Origin: a virus
IMG/VR virus record: IMGVR_UViG_3300045988_144476
DNA: 64,000 bases
Reading direction: 5' to 3' (one strand)
Below the pieces are notes generated by a model. It was not told the DNA's origin and made no database searches. It worked only from the letters and a program-made list of their open reading frames with translations. A program made the position numbers and the translations under genes. Below are positions 8,676 to 18,191 of the stretch, piece by piece (the first letter of the stretch is position 1; each line of letters starts with the position of its first letter).

Positions 8676-9305
8676 ATGACTAACATTCCTACATTCCTTG
8701 GTTGTGCTCCGGCAGATGCAAGCCAAATCATTCCATATACAGAGAAATTTGATGTTCTGTATGATGATGGCGGTGAGATGAAACTTATTACAAAAGAAAC
8801 TTATTCAACAGAAGCAGATGAGGATATGCCAGCATTTAAATACAAGTACGTGCTTAATTGTATGGATATGAAAGCATTTGGAACACAAGAGAAATTAATT
8901 GTTATCCAATGTTTAATGTGTCCATTACCTGAATATGTAAATAAGAAAACATTAAAAGAAATAACTGATGACATAGATTTTTACTTTTCAGATGCAACCA
9001 GTTCTAGAGCATTACCAAATATGGGAGATGAATATATCAACTATGATGAGGTTCCGGAAGATGAAAACGGAAATCGCTGGTATGTTTACCATTATCATCT
9101 TACTGACAATAAAGATTTTGTCCAGGTGTTAAATGTAGCAGCTACAATATTTGATGATGTAAATGTTTTCCGAGGATGGAGAATGGACCGAGTATGGAAT
9201 CGGATTGGAAGTACCGGATGGGATTCACTCAGACACTTACTTCTTGGAGAGGACTGGATAAAGAAATCAATAAACAGAATATTAGAAAGCGAGGCAAATA
9301 AATAA
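8676..9305 (+). CDS. hypothetical protein (209 aa)
   Basis: RBS gaggagg upstream. Confidence 0.65.
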   Translation: MTNIPTFLGCAPADASQIIPYTEKFDVLYDDGGEMKLITKETYSTEADEDMPAFKYKYVLNCMDMKAFGTQEKLIVIQCLMCPLPEYVNKKTLKEITDDIDFYFSDATSSRALPNMGDEYINYDEVPEDENGNRWYVYHYHLTDNKDFVQVLNVAATIFDDVNVFRGWRMDRVWNRIGSTGWDSLRHLLLGEDWIKKSINRILESEANK

Positions 9306-9306
9306 A

Positions 9307-9624
9307 ATGACAAATCCAAAAGAATACAATTTTTCAGATTATAAACTTTTATTTTACAGAGGTAAATACCAGTGTGGTTTAGGAACTGCATTATATGCAT
9401 TTCTCAGCGATGGACAACCATACGGAAGTATTTCTGTAAATCTAGGAGTAAAACTTCCAAAAAATCAGATCTTCATGGATGTGAACAATGCATGTAATCT
9501 TTGTAATCAGATGGAAAAGGATGGATTACTTGAAAGAACTGGTTTGGCAAAGCAGAGTGGATATTGTATTTATCCGGCTGCAAGAATTACAGAGAAGTTG
9601 GAAAAGATTTTAAACGAGCTGTAA
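9307..9624 (+). CDS. hypothetical protein (105 aa)
   Basis: Start is coupled to the previous stop codon. Confidence 0.6.
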   Translation: MTNPKEYNFSDYKLLFYRGKYQCGLGTALYAFLSDGQPYGSISVNLGVKLPKNQIFMDVNNACNLCNQMEKDGLLERTGLAKQSGYCIYPAARITEKLEKILNEL

Positions 9625-9626
9625 AT

Positions 9627-9640
9627 AGTGAATTAATCAA
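9627..9640 (+). repeat. intergenic motif copy, variant (AGTGAATTAATCAA)
   Basis: Sits directly after a stop codon. Confidence 0.7.
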
Positions 9641-9685
9641 ATAATAATAAAAAGACAAGGTATAAGACGAAAGGATGTTGATGAA

Positions 9686-9883
9686 ATGCGAGATAGAAGC
9701 ATCAAAGCAGTGAGATCTAAGAATATTGCAAGGAAATTAAGAATGGAAGGATTTAAAATCATTCGAAAGGAACCGAATATCAGATTTCCGGAACAAGATG
9801 TATATATCTTTGAAGCTACACCGGAACTTGTGATCAGATTGAGAGAATTAGTTGAAGACAGGGAAAGGTGGAAGAAAAAATAA
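9686..9883 (+). CDS. small basic hypothetical protein (65 aa)
   Basis: RBS aaagga upstream. Confidence 0.55.
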   Translation: MRDRSIKAVRSKNIARKLRMEGFKIIRKEPNIRFPEQDVYIFEATPELVIRLRELVEDRERWKKK

Positions 9884-9884
9884 T

Positions 9885-10730
9885 ATGATAGACGAGGTTT
9901 TAGACATGGGAAGGACATTTATCAACATTGATGAAGAGTTAATTAAAGAAATGGACAAGGCTGGCATTAAAAACGGAAAGATAATGATGTTGTATGGAAA
10001 AATATTATCATTATCTCAGAATGACCAGAATGCATGTATGGCAAGTAATAAATATTTTGCCAATGTATTATGTACCGAACCAAGAAATATACAAAGGTAT
10101 ATAAAAGAATTAAAAGATTTAGGATTCATAAAAACATACGAAGAAAATGATTCCTCACAGTATGCTTTTACGGTCGCCAGGTTTATATATCCGCAATGGA
10201 AAGTTGTGAATGGCAAATTATGTCATGATGGTACGACAGATATGTCACAAGGGAACGAAAATATGTACACCACCCCACGACAAATGATGTCGAATCCCAT
10301 GACAGATAATGTCGAAAGACACGACAATTTATGTCGAGAAGTACGACAAGATCGCCATCCAAATAACAGAGAGAACAGAGAGAAAAGAATAGATAAGAAT
10401 AACGTTCCGCTTCGCTGCACTGATAGTCGCTTCGCTCCTGGTGTCGCTAACGCTCCAGGCTCCGCTGACGCTACGCAATCTAATATGAGAGAAAGGTTTA
10501 ATTACTTTAAGTCTCTTGATTATGATGCAGTTATACCTAGTGAAGAATTACCTAGGATTGTAGCTATCTCTTATGCAGAGCTTGATCTAGATATTTATGA
10601 TTCTATTGATTCTCGTAGAGAAAAACTTATTAAGGATTTTACCAGTGGATATTATAAGGCAAAAAATAAAGATAATATTATTGCATTAATTGATGCAGTT
10701 ATTGCTGGTGAGATTGTAGAAAGGAAGTAA
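9885..10730 (+). CDS. HTH/winged-helix-like protein, candidate replication organiser or regulator
   Basis: The segment NIQRYIKELKDLGFIKT looks like a helix-turn-helix. The start was moved to the ATG at 9885 to avoid overlap. DNA repeats lie inside the gene. Confidence 0.5.
   Translation: MIDEVLDMGRTFINIDEELIKEMDKAGIKNGKIMMLYGKILSLSQNDQNACMASNKYFANVLCTEPRNIQRYIKELKDLGFIKTYEENDSSQYAFTVARFIYPQWKVVNGKLCHDGTTDMSQGNENMYTTPRQMMSNPMTDNVERHDNLCREVRQDRHPNNRENREKRIDKNNVPLRCTDSRFAPGVANAPGSADATQSNMRERFNYFKSLDYDAVIPSEELPRIVAISYAELDLDIYDSIDSRREKLIKDFTSGYYKAKNKDNIIALIDAVIAGEIVERK
10277..10475. repeat. iteron-like repeat cluster inside a CDS
   Basis: ACGACAA occurs at 10277, 10321 and 10343. Its partner ATGTCGA (CGACA is the reverse complement of TGTCG) occurs at 10287, 10309 and 10331. 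Four CGCT-N1-2-CGCT units follow at 10408-10475. Confidence 0.6.
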
Positions 10731-10735
10731 TTATT

Positions 10736-11032
10736 ATGGCCTGTTATTGTTGTGACGATTGTCATGATGCAAAACATAACGGAGGTAAATGTAATAAATT
10801 TCAATATGAATGTCCGTTTGATATCCTTGAGGCTTTTGATGAGGTTGATATTAAAATTATAAGAAAAATAATAGATAATATTAATATTCAAATAGACAAT
10901 TTGAAGGCCATAGATAAGAATCATGGTGTTATGGAAGAAGATATAGAAGCTTTAAGATCTGCTTTATCTAATCTTGAAGAACGAATAAGTATTGACTTGC
11001 AAAAAGAATGGAACGAAATAAATGAAGATTAA
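10736..11032 (+). CDS. Cys-rich hypothetical protein (98 aa)
   Basis: RBS aaagga upstream. Confidence 0.6.
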   Translation: MACYCCDDCHDAKHNGGKCNKFQYECPFDILEAFDEVDIKIIRKIIDNINIQIDNLKAIDKNHGVMEEDIEALRSALSNLEERISIDLQKEWNEINED

Positions 11033-11174
11033 ACTTCTTATATTAATTATTGCTTTTCCGGTTGGATTCTTTCTGATCGGAAGGCACTATTCTAAGGCAG
11101 ATAGATTATTGATCGTATTCACTATGTGGTTTGCGACTTGTATTGTTGAAAGAAATATTCAGAACTTTATGTAA
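11022..11174 (+). CDS. small two-TM membrane protein (50 aa)
   Basis: Unlisted ORF MKIKLLILIIAFPVGFFLIG... that fills an otherwise empty 150-nt gap. Confidence 0.4.
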   Translation: MKIKLLILIIAFPVGFFLIGRHYSKADRLLIVFTMWFATCIVERNIQNFM

Positions 11175-11188
11175 AGGAGTATTAAATA

Positions 11189-11413
11189 ATGACAATTGAA
11201 AAGCCGTATCAGAGAGTAAGAGATATTGAAGCTTTATCAGATCATCTTATCGAGATAGTAGAAGATAACGATGAGAGATTTTCTTTTGAATGGGGATCCT
11301 GTGGAATCAATAAAGCTAAGATGAAAATCTTTGATAAAGAAAATAAAGTTGGCTACATTGTTAAGATTGAACCTATTATTTATGATGATAATGGAGAACC
11401 GGTCAATATTTAG
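11189..11413 (+). CDS. hypothetical protein (74 aa)
   Basis: RBS aaggag upstream. Confidence 0.6.
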   Translation: MTIEKPYQRVRDIEALSDHLIEIVEDNDERFSFEWGSCGINKAKMKIFDKENKVGYIVKIEPIIYDDNGEPVNI

Positions 11414-11429
11414 AAAGGAAGGAGCTGTA

Positions 11430-11717
11430 ATGACAATTGGTGATATCTATGTAAACAAATTAAATAACTCAGATATTATTCAGATTGATAGTTTTGCTTC
11501 TCATATGAATAATTTGAGAGAAAATTCTATTATAATCTACAGAAATATCGAAAGGCATAATGAGTACGAAATTGGTAGTTGTCCTAGTAATAATGGATAC
11601 GGATCGCAAGAAGAGATTGAAAATAAGTACAAATTACTGATTTCCGCAAGAAAATTGAAAAACTATTCTGACTGGAATGAGATTTTTGAACTGGCTGAGG
11701 GAAAGAAAGGAAGTTGA
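11430..11717 (+). CDS. hypothetical protein (95 aa)
   Basis: The ATG at 11430 is preceded by ggaaggag. Confidence 0.6.
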   Translation: MTIGDIYVNKLNNSDIIQIDSFASHMNNLRENSIIIYRNIERHNEYEIGSCPSNNGYGSQEEIENKYKLLISARKLKNYSDWNEIFELAEGKKGS

Positions 11718-12157
11718 TTATGGATATCAATAATTTAACAAAAAAGCAGGCGATTGCAGAACATCGTAAGATGTGGAACTGGATCGCAGATAGATTAGAG
11801 GAACATCATCCTGGTTATGATGTCTATATGTATAAAAGGGAATATATGGAAGAAAACTTTCCAAATAATAATATTAGACACTATTGTTTTTGTTGCCAGT
11901 ATGCTGTGCAAGAAAATGATGGTGATGGTTATACTAATTATTGTATTAATTGTCCATTGGTTTGGGGTACGGAGGCTGATACAGATGACTTCTTTTGTGA
12001 GCAAGGCAATTACGATATTCCAATTGAAGATTTATCTTTGTTTGAATCTAATAAAAAATATGGATTATGGTCTTATGCACAGAGATTAACAGAAAATCAT
12101 TGTTACGATAAAGCTGCTAAGGTTGCAAGGCAGATAGCAAATTTACCAGAAAGGTAG
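11714..12157 (+). CDS. Cys-rich hypothetical protein (147 aa)
   Basis: 4-nt overlap with the upstream gene. Confidence 0.6.
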   Translation: MIMDINNLTKKQAIAEHRKMWNWIADRLEEHHPGYDVYMYKREYMEENFPNNNIRHYCFCCQYAVQENDGDGYTNYCINCPLVWGTEADTDDFFCEQGNYDIPIEDLSLFESNKKYGLWSYAQRLTENHCYDKAAKVARQIANLPER

Positions 12158-12163
12158 GTTAAC

Positions 12164-12544
12164 ATGACAAGAGCAGAATTTGATCAGATGATGAAAAGAA
12201 ACTTTAAACATTTTAATGTTCCGAAAGATAGTTATGGGGGTTTACTTTTATGGATTCCAAAGTATAAAGAATTTCTTTCAATGCATTTTGGTGACGGAAC
12301 CAATGCATATGATCTTGAAGAAGGATGCGAGGATTACATTTATTATACTCAGTTCGATTTGGAAGATCCATTTGAGGCTGGAGATGAAGAATTAACTCTT
12401 GAAGAAACTGATGGAGGCCAGATGGATATTTTGAATGCAGATGTATATAACAATGATATAAGTAAAGTGATTCCGGATTTACTTTTGTTTATTTATGATG
12501 AATTTATAGAAGTAATTCCGATTCAGTTTTATAGTGTTGAATAA
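12164..12544 (+). CDS. hypothetical protein (126 aa)
   Basis: RBS aaaggtagg upstream. Confidence 0.6.
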   Translation: MTRAEFDQMMKRNFKHFNVPKDSYGGLLLWIPKYKEFLSMHFGDGTNAYDLEEGCEDYIYYTQFDLEDPFEAGDEELTLEETDGGQMDILNADVYNNDISKVIPDLLLFIYDEFIEVIPIQFYSVE

Positions 12545-12545
12545 T

Positions 12546-12559
12546 AATGATTTAATCAA
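12546..12559 (+). repeat. intergenic motif copy AATGATTTAATCAA
   Basis: Exact copy immediately after a stop codon. Confidence 0.9.
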
Positions 12560-12576
12560 ACGGATGGAAAATAATT

Positions 12577-12873
12577 ATGAAAAATACAACAGTATCATTA
12601 AGAATTTATGAAAACGTAAAGAAATATTTTGAAAAGAATAATATGCCGTATGATGTACAGGAAATTATTCCAGACAAAAGTCCATTTAACGACTATCTCT
12701 TCATTGTGATTGCAAAACATAGAGAATATTCAGAAATTAAAAAAGCATATGGTGGTGGTCCATGGGTCGTATGGAGCAGCTGGAATGAAAGCACGCAGTG
12801 CTTAAATCATGGTCACTTTGACATAGTGGATTATGACAAGGCATATGCACTTGCGATGGATTTGAGAGCGTAA
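12577..12873 (+). CDS. hypothetical protein (98 aa)
   Basis: ORF in a co-directional array. Confidence 0.6.
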   Translation: MKNTTVSLRIYENVKKYFEKNNMPYDVQEIIPDKSPFNDYLFIVIAKHREYSEIKKAYGGGPWVVWSSWNESTQCLNHGHFDIVDYDKAYALAMDLRA

Positions 12874-12917
12874 GAGTTAGATTTAAGCTAGTAATCTAGG
12901 TAAAGGAGTGAGTGAGA

Positions 12918-13373
12918 ATGTGGAAGTTGGAGAGTTATATAAAAGAAGATAGGATCCCTTATATAACAAAAACAGAAATTTGTGATGAAAAGGTTATTGT
13001 AAATACTCCAAAAAAAGTATTTAGCATGTTTAATACATATTTTAGTCTTGGACTAAGATCGGAAGAATATGTGTACATGGTTTCAATGGATACAAAGTGT
13101 AATGTTATTGGAATATTCGAAGTATCACATGGATGTATTAATCGGTCAATTCTAAGTCCAAGAGAAATTTTTATGAAAGCTTTGTTATCTGGGGCAGCTT
13201 CGATTATATTAGCACATAATCATCCAAGCGGAGATTGTTCTCCTTCACAAATGGACCGTGATTGTTGTTATAGAATACATAAAGCCGGAAAAATGTTAGG
13301 TATTGAACTAGCAGACTTTCTTGTAATAAGCGAAAAAACATACTGTTCTTTTAAAGAACAAGCATATTTGTGA
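12918..13373 (+). CDS. RadC-like JAB/MPN domain protein
   Basis: JAMM-type motif HNHPSGDCSPSQMD. Confidence 0.8.
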   Translation: MWKLESYIKEDRIPYITKTEICDEKVIVNTPKKVFSMFNTYFSLGLRSEEYVYMVSMDTKCNVIGIFEVSHGCINRSILSPREIFMKALLSGAASIILAHNHPSGDCSPSQMDRDCCYRIHKAGKMLGIELADFLVISEKTYCSFKEQAYL

Positions 13374-13383
13374 GGTGAGTGAG

Positions 13384-13581
13384 ATGAAGGTACTTGTAAC
13401 TGTAACAGAAACTTATACGCATACATATTTGGTAGAAGCTGAATCACAGGAAGATGCTATAAGATATGCAGAAGATAAAGGATTGGATTGTGATGTATTT
13501 AATGATTATTGTGAAACAGAATATGAAGCAAGATTACCTGAAGGAGAAGATCTTAGCATATATGAATTTGTGGAGGGATAA
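13384..13581 (+). CDS. hypothetical protein (65 aa)
   Basis: The ATG at 13384 lies 7 nt after gaggtg. Confidence 0.55.
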   Translation: MKVLVTVTETYTHTYLVEAESQEDAIRYAEDKGLDCDVFNDYCETEYEARLPEGEDLSIYEFVEG

Positions 13582-13583
13582 GA

Positions 13584-13772
13584 ATGTGGAACGAACTTTA
13601 TGATATTACACCTAATGAATTGAGTCAGATTATGGAGCTGTGTAGACACAGTGAGTGGATTTGTACAAGGTTTGAACCAAAAGAAACATTATATATTCTT
13701 TTTCTAAAAGTAGACGAAAATGATAATGTAATTGATAAAAGATCATTTGACTTTTTAAAATATAAATATTGA
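13584..13772 (+). CDS. hypothetical protein (62 aa)
   Basis: RBS ggaggg upstream. Confidence 0.55.
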   Translation: MWNELYDITPNELSQIMELCRHSEWICTRFEPKETLYILFLKVDENDNVIDKRSFDFLKYKY

Positions 13773-13781
13773 GGTGATCAT

Positions 13782-14474
13782 ATGGCAGTAGATATCAGAG
13801 AGAAGATCCAGAAGCTCTTAGCATTATCAAAATCATCAAATGAGCATGAAGCTTATGCAGCATTAATGAAAGCAAGGGAATTGATTGCTAAGAACAAGCT
13901 TGATGAGAGAGAGTTTCAAAAGAAAGAAGAGAAGCAAGTGATTAAAACCATGAGCATTCAAGGATTGTCATTTAGCATGAGAAGAGATCCTTGGGTTCAA
14001 TATCTTGCTCAGGTTGTTTCTGAGAACTATTGTTGTAAAACTTTCTTTGAGATGAAAAAGCGAACAAGATATGTAAATTTCTCTGGTCTTTCAGAAGATG
14101 TAGACATTTGTACTGATGTATTCAGATATGCATTGGAGTGTGCTAGATCTGGAATTGAGAAAGAGAAAAGAAAGTATTATAAATCATCAACAAAAGAAAA
14201 AACACTTATATCAGATAGTTATGGCTGTGGTTTTGTGAAAGGGCTTAATGAAGCATTCATTAAACAGAATCAAGAAAATGAAAGAGATTGGGGATTAATA
14301 TTAAAATGCCCTAAAGAAGTAAGTGATTTCATTGATAATATCACAGAAACGGTTAATACAAAGTGTAAAAAAGATGTTGATGAATCAATATTTAATACCG
14401 GTTACGTTGAAGGCAAACAATTTACAACAAGAAAACAGTTAGGCGAAGAGAATGTCAAGATAGAAAGAAGTTAA
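13782..14474 (+). CDS. DUF2786-like protein
   Basis: The N-terminus KIQKLLALSKSSNEHEAYAALMKARELI matches my recollection of the DUF2786 signature. Confidence 0.6.
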   Translation: MAVDIREKIQKLLALSKSSNEHEAYAALMKARELIAKNKLDEREFQKKEEKQVIKTMSIQGLSFSMRRDPWVQYLAQVVSENYCCKTFFEMKKRTRYVNFSGLSEDVDICTDVFRYALECARSGIEKEKRKYYKSSTKEKTLISDSYGCGFVKGLNEAFIKQNQENERDWGLILKCPKEVSDFIDNITETVNTKCKKDVDESIFNTGYVEGKQFTTRKQLGEENVKIERS

Positions 14475-14479
14475 ATAAT

Positions 14480-14662
14480 ATGACACATTGCTATATATGT
14501 GATAAATCAGACATAACCAATCCAAATGTAAAAGTAACATATCATGGAAAAAGAAATGGTAAGAGGGTCCAAAAAACTATAAGGATTTGTGGCAGCTGTG
14601 GATCCTGGATGACAGATGAGGAAATAAGAGAGCAGGTTAGAGAATGGGAAGGATGGGATTAA
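14480..14662 (+). CDS. small zinc-ribbon protein (60 aa)
   Basis: CxxC...CxxC pattern. Confidence 0.55.
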   Translation: MTHCYICDKSDITNPNVKVTYHGKRNGKRVQKTIRICGSCGSWMTDEEIREQVREWEGWD

Positions 14663-14663
14663 T

Positions 14664-15038
14664 ATGCAGATAATTAATCATGGGAGTATTATAGTGCCGC
14701 CAAATGCAAAGAGTTTACTTGTAACCATTTTAGATGTAGTAGGTTTTGAGTTTGTAGATGATAATATTTTAGTTGATGAAATACAAGCTACCGTAGAAAT
14801 TAACGAAGATGGAGATATTGAAGAGAAATTAAGAAAAGTAGTAGATGCATTTACTGCATTGGATATTTATATCAATGTAAGCGTTAATTATTATGGTGAT
14901 TACGAAGGCAGATATATTGTAAGTGACGGAGATTTAATTGATTTAGATAAAACGGAAGTAGCCATTATGGATTCTAATGATGATGATTTAATCAAAGAAC
15001 TTGAGAACAGAGGATACAAAGTAACAAAAGAAGAGTAA
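14664..15038 (+). CDS. acidic hypothetical protein (124 aa)
   Basis: RBS ggaagg upstream. Confidence 0.6.
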   Translation: MQIINHGSIIVPPNAKSLLVTILDVVGFEFVDDNILVDEIQATVEINEDGDIEEKLRKVVDAFTALDIYINVSVNYYGDYEGRYIVSDGDLIDLDKTEVAIMDSNDDDLIKELENRGYKVTKEE

Positions 15039-15069
15039 ATAATAAATTAAACAAAAGGAGATTGATATT

Positions 15070-15327
15070 ATGAAACAGATTATAAAATTTATAGATACAG
15101 ATGTTGATGGTTGCGGCACAAACATAGAAATAATGATTCAAATTAAAGGTAAACATGAAATAACAAATGGGGTTATTCGAAGAACATCAAATGTTATTGA
15201 AAAATATAAAAAAGATAATAAAGGAGAATGGGATACTGATAGCATTATCAGTACAGCATGTGAACATTTAAAAACAGAAGGTTATACATGCTGCTATATC
15301 GCAGAAGATGCAACAATTGAATTTTAA
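15070..15327 (+). CDS. hypothetical protein (85 aa)
   Basis: RBS aaaggag upstream. Confidence 0.6.
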   Translation: MKQIIKFIDTDVDGCGTNIEIMIQIKGKHEITNGVIRRTSNVIEKYKKDNKGEWDTDSIISTACEHLKTEGYTCCYIAEDATIEF

Positions 15328-15359
15328 ATCAAAGATTTATTATAAAGGAGATTGATATT

Positions 15360-16343
15360 ATGATGACAAATTTAACTGGAGAAAGACGCACAAGTACAGT
15401 AACACATGTAGAATCCATGTTTGATGCAAGAGATACAAGAAAAAATCCGTGGGATGGACTTGGAAAAGAAATTAAAGGAGCAGTCACATCAAAGGATGCA
15501 ATTAAATTGGCTGGCCTTGATTGGAATGTAGTATCAAGAGTTGTAGTTGACAAGACAACAGGAATTGAAATTCCAAACTGGAAGGCAAACGTAAGAGATA
15601 TTGATGATAGTGTACTTGGTATGGTTTCAGGAAGATATCAGATTGTTCAGAATGAAGAAGCATTTGCTTTTACTGATTCTCTTCTTGGTGAAGGAGTTAC
15701 ATATGAAACGGCTGGTTCTCTTAACGGAGGTAAAAGAGTTTGGATGTTAGCTAGACTTGAAGGAAGAGATCTTGCCGGTGAAAAGATTGATCCGTATCTG
15801 GTATTTACAAACAGCCATGATGGAAAAGGATCTGTAAGAGTAGCAATGACTCCGATCAGAGTATGGTGTAGCAACACACTTAACTTAGCATTAAGAAAAG
15901 CACAGAGACAGTGGAGTTGTACTCATACTGGAGATATTGGTGGCAAGCTTGAAGATGCAAGATTAACTATTATGAATTCAGAAAAATATCTTGGTGCTCT
16001 TAAAGATGAATTTGAAACATTGAAGATGCATAAAATCAGCAAAGATAAAATGTTTGATTTTACAAAGGAACTTCTTCCAATCGATGCTGTAAAAGACACG
16101 GCTGTTAAGGTGAGAAGAATTACTGAGGAAAGAGAACTTCTCATGAATTGTTGGGATGCGCCAGATTTGCAGCAGACAGAAAATAGCTTATTCAAGTTTG
16201 TAAATGCTGTATCTGATTTCTCAACACATAAACCAGCTAAGAGAAATACAAAAACTGGTCAGGAAAATAGATTTTATAGTGTAGTCAATGGAGATACATT
16301 GATTGATAAAGCTTATCAGATTGCTCAGAGGGAGTTGATTTAA
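15360..16343 (+). CDS. DUF932 (phage/plasmid-like) family protein
   Basis: NPWDGLG...AGLDWNV...GRYQIVQNEEAF...ETAGSLNGGKRVW fits the DUF932 pattern as I recall it. Confidence 0.75.
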   Translation: MMTNLTGERRTSTVTHVESMFDARDTRKNPWDGLGKEIKGAVTSKDAIKLAGLDWNVVSRVVVDKTTGIEIPNWKANVRDIDDSVLGMVSGRYQIVQNEEAFAFTDSLLGEGVTYETAGSLNGGKRVWMLARLEGRDLAGEKIDPYLVFTNSHDGKGSVRVAMTPIRVWCSNTLNLALRKAQRQWSCTHTGDIGGKLEDARLTIMNSEKYLGALKDEFETLKMHKISKDKMFDFTKELLPIDAVKDTAVKVRRITEERELLMNCWDAPDLQQTENSLFKFVNAVSDFSTHKPAKRNTKTGQENRFYSVVNGDTLIDKAYQIAQRELI

Positions 16344-16598
16344 ATGGAAATAAGTTTATATTTAGTAACATTTAGACCAACATTTACTCAGTTTCTTTGT
16401 AATGTAAATAACAAAAAAGATGCTATTGACGCAGCGATGAAAGCAAACATAGAAATGGGTAATGTTGATGGGATGAAAAATAAAGACAACTATCAAGTAG
16501 AAATTGTCGGATGGGATTTGTTAAAAGAAATCCTAAGAAGAGATTATTGCTATGGAACTATTAATAACACAGTTGTATTTGATGGGCGATCAATATGA
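16344..16598 (+). CDS. hypothetical protein (84 aa)
   Basis: Abuts the previous stop codon. Confidence 0.55.
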   Translation: MEISLYLVTFRPTFTQFLCNVNNKKDAIDAAMKANIEMGNVDGMKNKDNYQVEIVGWDLLKEILRRDYCYGTINNTVVFDGRSI

Positions 16599-16762
16599 AG
16601 GTATTTGATAATAAAGGAAACACAATGGAAATTCAGCAGACTCCGGACCAGAAGTGGTTCGGGTTCTGTGAACAGACAAATGAATATACACCAGCTTTTA
16701 TGAGTCTGAAGAATCTTATGAGAATGATTAAAGAGAAAGGATTTGAGGTAGAAGATGTTTGA
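16595..16762 (+). CDS. hypothetical protein (55 aa), not in the ORF track
   Basis: ATGA overlap upstream and an 8-nt overlap downstream; fills a gap. Confidence 0.4.
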   Translation: MKVFDNKGNTMEIQQTPDQKWFGFCEQTNEYTPAFMSLKNLMRMIKEKGFEVEDV

Positions 16763-17333
16763 TTTAGAAGGTAAATATGTAAGGGTAAATAATTATGAAG
16801 AACTTGATTGTTTGTTTGAATATGCAAATAAACATGGATGGAAATGGGGAAATGATGGAAAGGAATTAGATGCTTCATTGTTTAGAGATGTAAAAAAATA
16901 TCCATTCTCAATTTATTTCAAAAATAATAAAAAAGTGCGTTGGGATTACTCTAGTAATAGTAATACAGATTTTAAAGATATTGAAAAGTATCTTAAGCCT
17001 GAAAAAGAAATTGAAAAAGAAATGACAGCAAGAGAATTTCTTAAGAGTTTTGTAGATATACGTAGTTGCGGAGGGCGCAGATGTACAGAATGTGTATTAA
17101 GCAAAAGGAACAGTAAGTGTGAGCTTAGTTTGTGTGATATGAATAACTGGAAAGAAAACATCGACGAATTACTCGAAATTGTGGCATCAGGCAGAACTAC
17201 GGTTTTATCATCAGAAGAGAAAGCAATTGAAAATATTGAGAAGTTAATTCATGAGAAAGATTACATTAAAATGACAGACGAAATTAAGGATTCATTAAAA
17301 TTGGCGATTGAAAAATTAAAAGAGGTGAAGTAG
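16755..17333 (+). CDS. hypothetical protein (192 aa)
   Basis: ORF in a co-directional array. Confidence 0.6.
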   Translation: MFDLEGKYVRVNNYEELDCLFEYANKHGWKWGNDGKELDASLFRDVKKYPFSIYFKNNKKVRWDYSSNSNTDFKDIEKYLKPEKEIEKEMTAREFLKSFVDIRSCGGRRCTECVLSKRNSKCELSLCDMNNWKENIDELLEIVASGRTTVLSSEEKAIENIEKLIHEKDYIKMTDEIKDSLKLAIEKLKEVK

Positions 17334-17570
17334 ATGCGCTTAATTGATGCGGATGCAATGAATGAAGAGTTATTTTACAAGCAAGTTGGAGGAAAAGACA
17401 GTTTAATTACGGCAGAAAGTGCGTTTAAAATGATTGATGCGCAGCCGATCGCCTATGATGTGGAAGCAGTTGTGGAGCAGTTGGACACATACATAACAAA
17501 ACTGGTCGGAAGAAATTCCGCACTATACCAGACAGTTATGCAGATCGTGAAAGGCGGTGGAGTTGAATGA
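17334..17570 (+). CDS. hypothetical protein (78 aa)
   Basis: RBS agaggtg upstream. Confidence 0.6.
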   Translation: MRLIDADAMNEELFYKQVGGKDSLITAESAFKMIDAQPIAYDVEAVVEQLDTYITKLVGRNSALYQTVMQIVKGGGVE

Positions 17571-17842
17571 ATAAATCAGTATTAGTGATGGATACACCAA
17601 GAACATGTATGAGATGCCCTTTTGGCTTGATCAGTGGCGATTATTTCTTTTGCATTATTACAATAGACAAAGACGGTGCTGCTAGGCAAATTAGAGATGA
17701 TTTATATGGGGTTAAAAAACAAGATTGGTGTCCATTGAAGCCATTACCGGAGAAAATGACCGAAGTAGCTCAAACAGATCACTGGGACAGCATAAAAGCA
17801 GGTTGGAATGCTTGTATTAATAAGATTACAGGAAAATCATGA
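17567..17842 (+). CDS. hypothetical protein (91 aa)
   Basis: 4-nt overlap with the upstream gene. Confidence 0.6.
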   Translation: MNKSVLVMDTPRTCMRCPFGLISGDYFFCIITIDKDGAARQIRDDLYGVKKQDWCPLKPLPEKMTEVAQTDHWDSIKAGWNACINKITGKS

Positions 17843-17886
17843 AAAAGCTGAGTTGTGAACACATGATTTCGTATAGGAGGTGAAAT

Positions 17887-18162
17887 ATGAGTTTTACTAT
17901 AACATTCCCAGTAGATATTGGAACATTTGTAATTACAGATACAAGTGTTGATTTAAATAATCCGAATAATTTAAAAGGAAACTTAGGAAGTATATCATGT
18001 TATCAATGTGTTGATGACAAAGAAGATGATTTTATTGTTATGGTATCTGGATATAAAGATTCTTGGTGTGGTGAATATTTGCTTAGTAAATTAAAAATTG
18101 CTACAGACAAACAAGTTAAAGAATACGAAATGTTAATGGGGGATAAAGCAAATGGATATTGA
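17887..18162 (+). CDS. hypothetical protein (91 aa)
   Basis: RBS aggaggtg upstream. Confidence 0.6.
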   Translation: MSFTITFPVDIGTFVITDTSVDLNNPNNLKGNLGSISCYQCVDDKEDDFIVMVSGYKDSWCGEYLLSKLKIATDKQVKEYEMLMGDKANGY

Positions 18163-18191
18163 TGAAATTACAGAAGGAAGAGATGAAGTAG

